Shown here: piece by piece, positions 62,399 to 64,000 of the stretch | Layout: the number at the start of each line of letters is the position of its first letter | Numbering within the stretch: position 1 is the first letter of the stretch | NCBI RefSeq assembly: GCF_041146345.1 | Contig: NW_027191413.1 | Span: forward strand, 496,001 to 560,000 | Direction: 5' to 3' | Source: Neodothiora populina | Taxonomy: Eukaryota | DNA: 64,000 bases | Translations under genes and position numbers: made by a program | The notes under the pieces: model-generated | Database searches by the model: none | What the model saw: the letters and a program-made list of their open reading frames with translations, nothing else | Told to the model about the DNA's origin: nothing

Positions 62399-62807
62399 GA
62401 TGGCGGCGAGAGACTATGACAAAGGGCAGGGTGGTCAGCAGTCTAGAATGCCGGATAGGTATTGCAATATGCCGACTTCGATTGAGAGACAAAAGACGAG
62501 CATAGAATATCTGAAAATGCAATGACATCAGTCAGATGCCGGCAACAATTCGGGATCGGCCATGATTCATGCGATGCCCTTTCTGATCTTTGTATTACTA
62601 GTGGATCATATCAATCTTATCTTATCCTGTTCCCGATACTCGATCGGCCAACACGCATTGTTATCACTACTGAACCTATACTATACCGGACCACTTCACG
62701 TGCACGATCTACTCTCCGATCACCACTACCACTCACGCGAGACTCACCTTTTCCACGACTCCTTGTCTCTGAGACAGTGAGACAGTGGGACAGAATAAGC
62801 CCACTCG

Positions 62808-64000
62808 ATGCGTCGAGCTGTGGTGCAGAACCTGCGCACCTTCCGCCGCCCGGTCGCTCGTAAAGTGCTGAAACACCGAAACACCCTCTTTCCCGTCTCT
62901 CTGAACAACAATGTCTTCCAGCGTCGTGCTCTGACAACAAAGTCGGTCCAGTCGAATTCTTCTATGCGGTTCCGTCGCGTGTCTCTAGCCGTCGGCGCTA
63001 CCGCTGCCGCCGCGGGTGCCTTTTACGCCTACCGCGCTGGTTACGGCGACTCTGCTACTGCTGCCGCCTCGAGATCATACGCCACCACTCCCTCCTATAC
63101 TCCTCCCACATCTGCTGCCAACGCTGGCCCTGCATCTGAAGAGATCAATGAGGCTGTGCGCAAGGCCCTGGTCATCGAACAAGGCGCCCTCTACACCGCC
63201 GCCATCCCTGAGAATCTACCTCTTGCCAAGAACGAGGACGACAACGGCCGAAAAGTCCTCGAGATGATGACTCCCGACCAGGTCACCCAGAAGATCCGCA
63301 CAAACGAAGAGTCATATCTTGTCGGCAGAGGCAGGGGCGTTGTGCGCTACGACGTCGTGCAGATCCCCAGCAACAACCCCATTGAGGATGACCATGCCGA
63401 GAAGATTATTGATATTCCCGAGTCTGTGTCGCCATCTCCTGGAGGAAGCGACTGGATGTTCTGGGGTGTGTTTGATGGGCACTCCGGCTGGACCACTTCT
63501 GCAAAACTTCGCCAAGCCCTGATCTCTTTCGTCGCACGTGAACTCAACTCGACGTATACATCTGCCCTCTCAAATCCCCGTCTCAAGACGCCTTCTCCCG
63601 ACACCATCGATGCTGCCATCAAGAAGGCCTTTATGTCTCTCGACCACGAAATCACCCACGAAAGCGTCGAGAAAGTGCGGGCCTCCAAGTCTCGATCCTT
63701 AGCCGCCGAACTCCTCCAACCAGCTCTCTCTGGCTCATGCGCTCTGCTTTCGTTTTACGACAGCAAATCAAAAGACTTCAGAGTCGCCTGCACTGGCGAT
63801 TCCCGCGCAGTTCTTGGTCGTCGCGGTGACAGCGGCATGTGGACCGCCACTCCTTTGTCCGTCGACCAGACTGGAGACAGCCCCGAAGAGGTCGCTCGTC
63901 TCCGCGCCGAGCACCCCAACGAGCCCTACGTCGTCGCCAACGGCCGCATTCTCGGCGGCCTCCAACCCACTCGCGCATTCGGCGACGCCGTATACAAATG
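62808..64000 (+). CDS. PTC5: PP2C-family mitochondrial pyruvate dehydrogenase phosphatase (runs off the window)
   Basis: Open frame from ATG 62808 (Arg-rich presequence plus hydrophobic segment); SNNPIEDDH, GVFDGHSGW, SGSCALL, TGDSRAVLG, GGLQPTRAFGDA. Confidence 0.93.
   Translation, partial: MRRAVVQNLRTFRRPVARKVLKHRNTLFPVSLNNNVFQRRALTTKSVQSNSSMRFRRVSLAVGATAAAAGAFYAYRAGYGDSATAAASRSYATTPSYTPPTSAANAGPASEEINEAVRKALVIEQGALYTAAIPENLPLAKNEDDNGRKVLEMMTPDQVTQKIRTNEESYLVGRGRGVVRYDVVQIPSNNPIEDDHAEKIIDIPESVSPSPGGSDWMFWGVFDGHSGWTTSAKLRQALISFVARELNSTYTSALSNPRLKTPSPDTIDAAIKKAFMSLDHEITHESVEKVRASKSRSLAAELLQPALSGSCALLSFYDSKSKDFRVACTGDSRAVLGRRGDSGMWTATPLSVDQTGDSPEEVARLRAEHPNEPYVVANGRILGGLQPTRAFGDAVYK

Noticed and set aside
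1..64000. Transposons, tRNA, rRNA, CRISPR arrays, secondary-metabolite backbone genes
   Set aside because: No transposase/RT, LTR or TIR, cloverleaf, spaced repeat array, AT-rich RIP block or PKS/NRPS seen; the MFS pump stands alone

Overview
Gene-dense, intron-containing chromosome segment from a filamentous ascomycete (Pezizomycotina; Dothideomycetes is my inference). I could build about 23 apparently intact protein-coding models by hand: a Bem46-like hydrolase, a DHA2-type MFS exporter, a small orphan ORF, 14-3-3 with microexons, Ser/Thr dehydratase, RAM2, ERG12, a TCP11/Sok1-like protein, a Pro/Ser-rich protein, PNKP, KGD4/YMR31, MED18, a hexose transporter, ALG10, NEM1, ALG14, IMA1, MRPL40, a Mid2-like sensor, an expansin/Asp f 7-like protein, an SDR-deacetylase fusion, RQC1/TCF25 and PTC5 (truncated by the window edge). 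There is also one frameshifted/nonsense pseudogene. I saw no transposase, tRNA, rRNA or CRISPR. The strongest unexplained signal is a ~1.3 kb non-coding stretch (about 35200-36541, + strand) between the hexose transporter and ALG10. It is packed with G-U-containing helices and ends in a three-way junction with a P6.1-like hairpin followed by a 5' splice site. This is the architecture of a fungal telomerase RNA, but no canonical TAACCCTAA template is present. All structures were found by eye, and no folding or database search was run.
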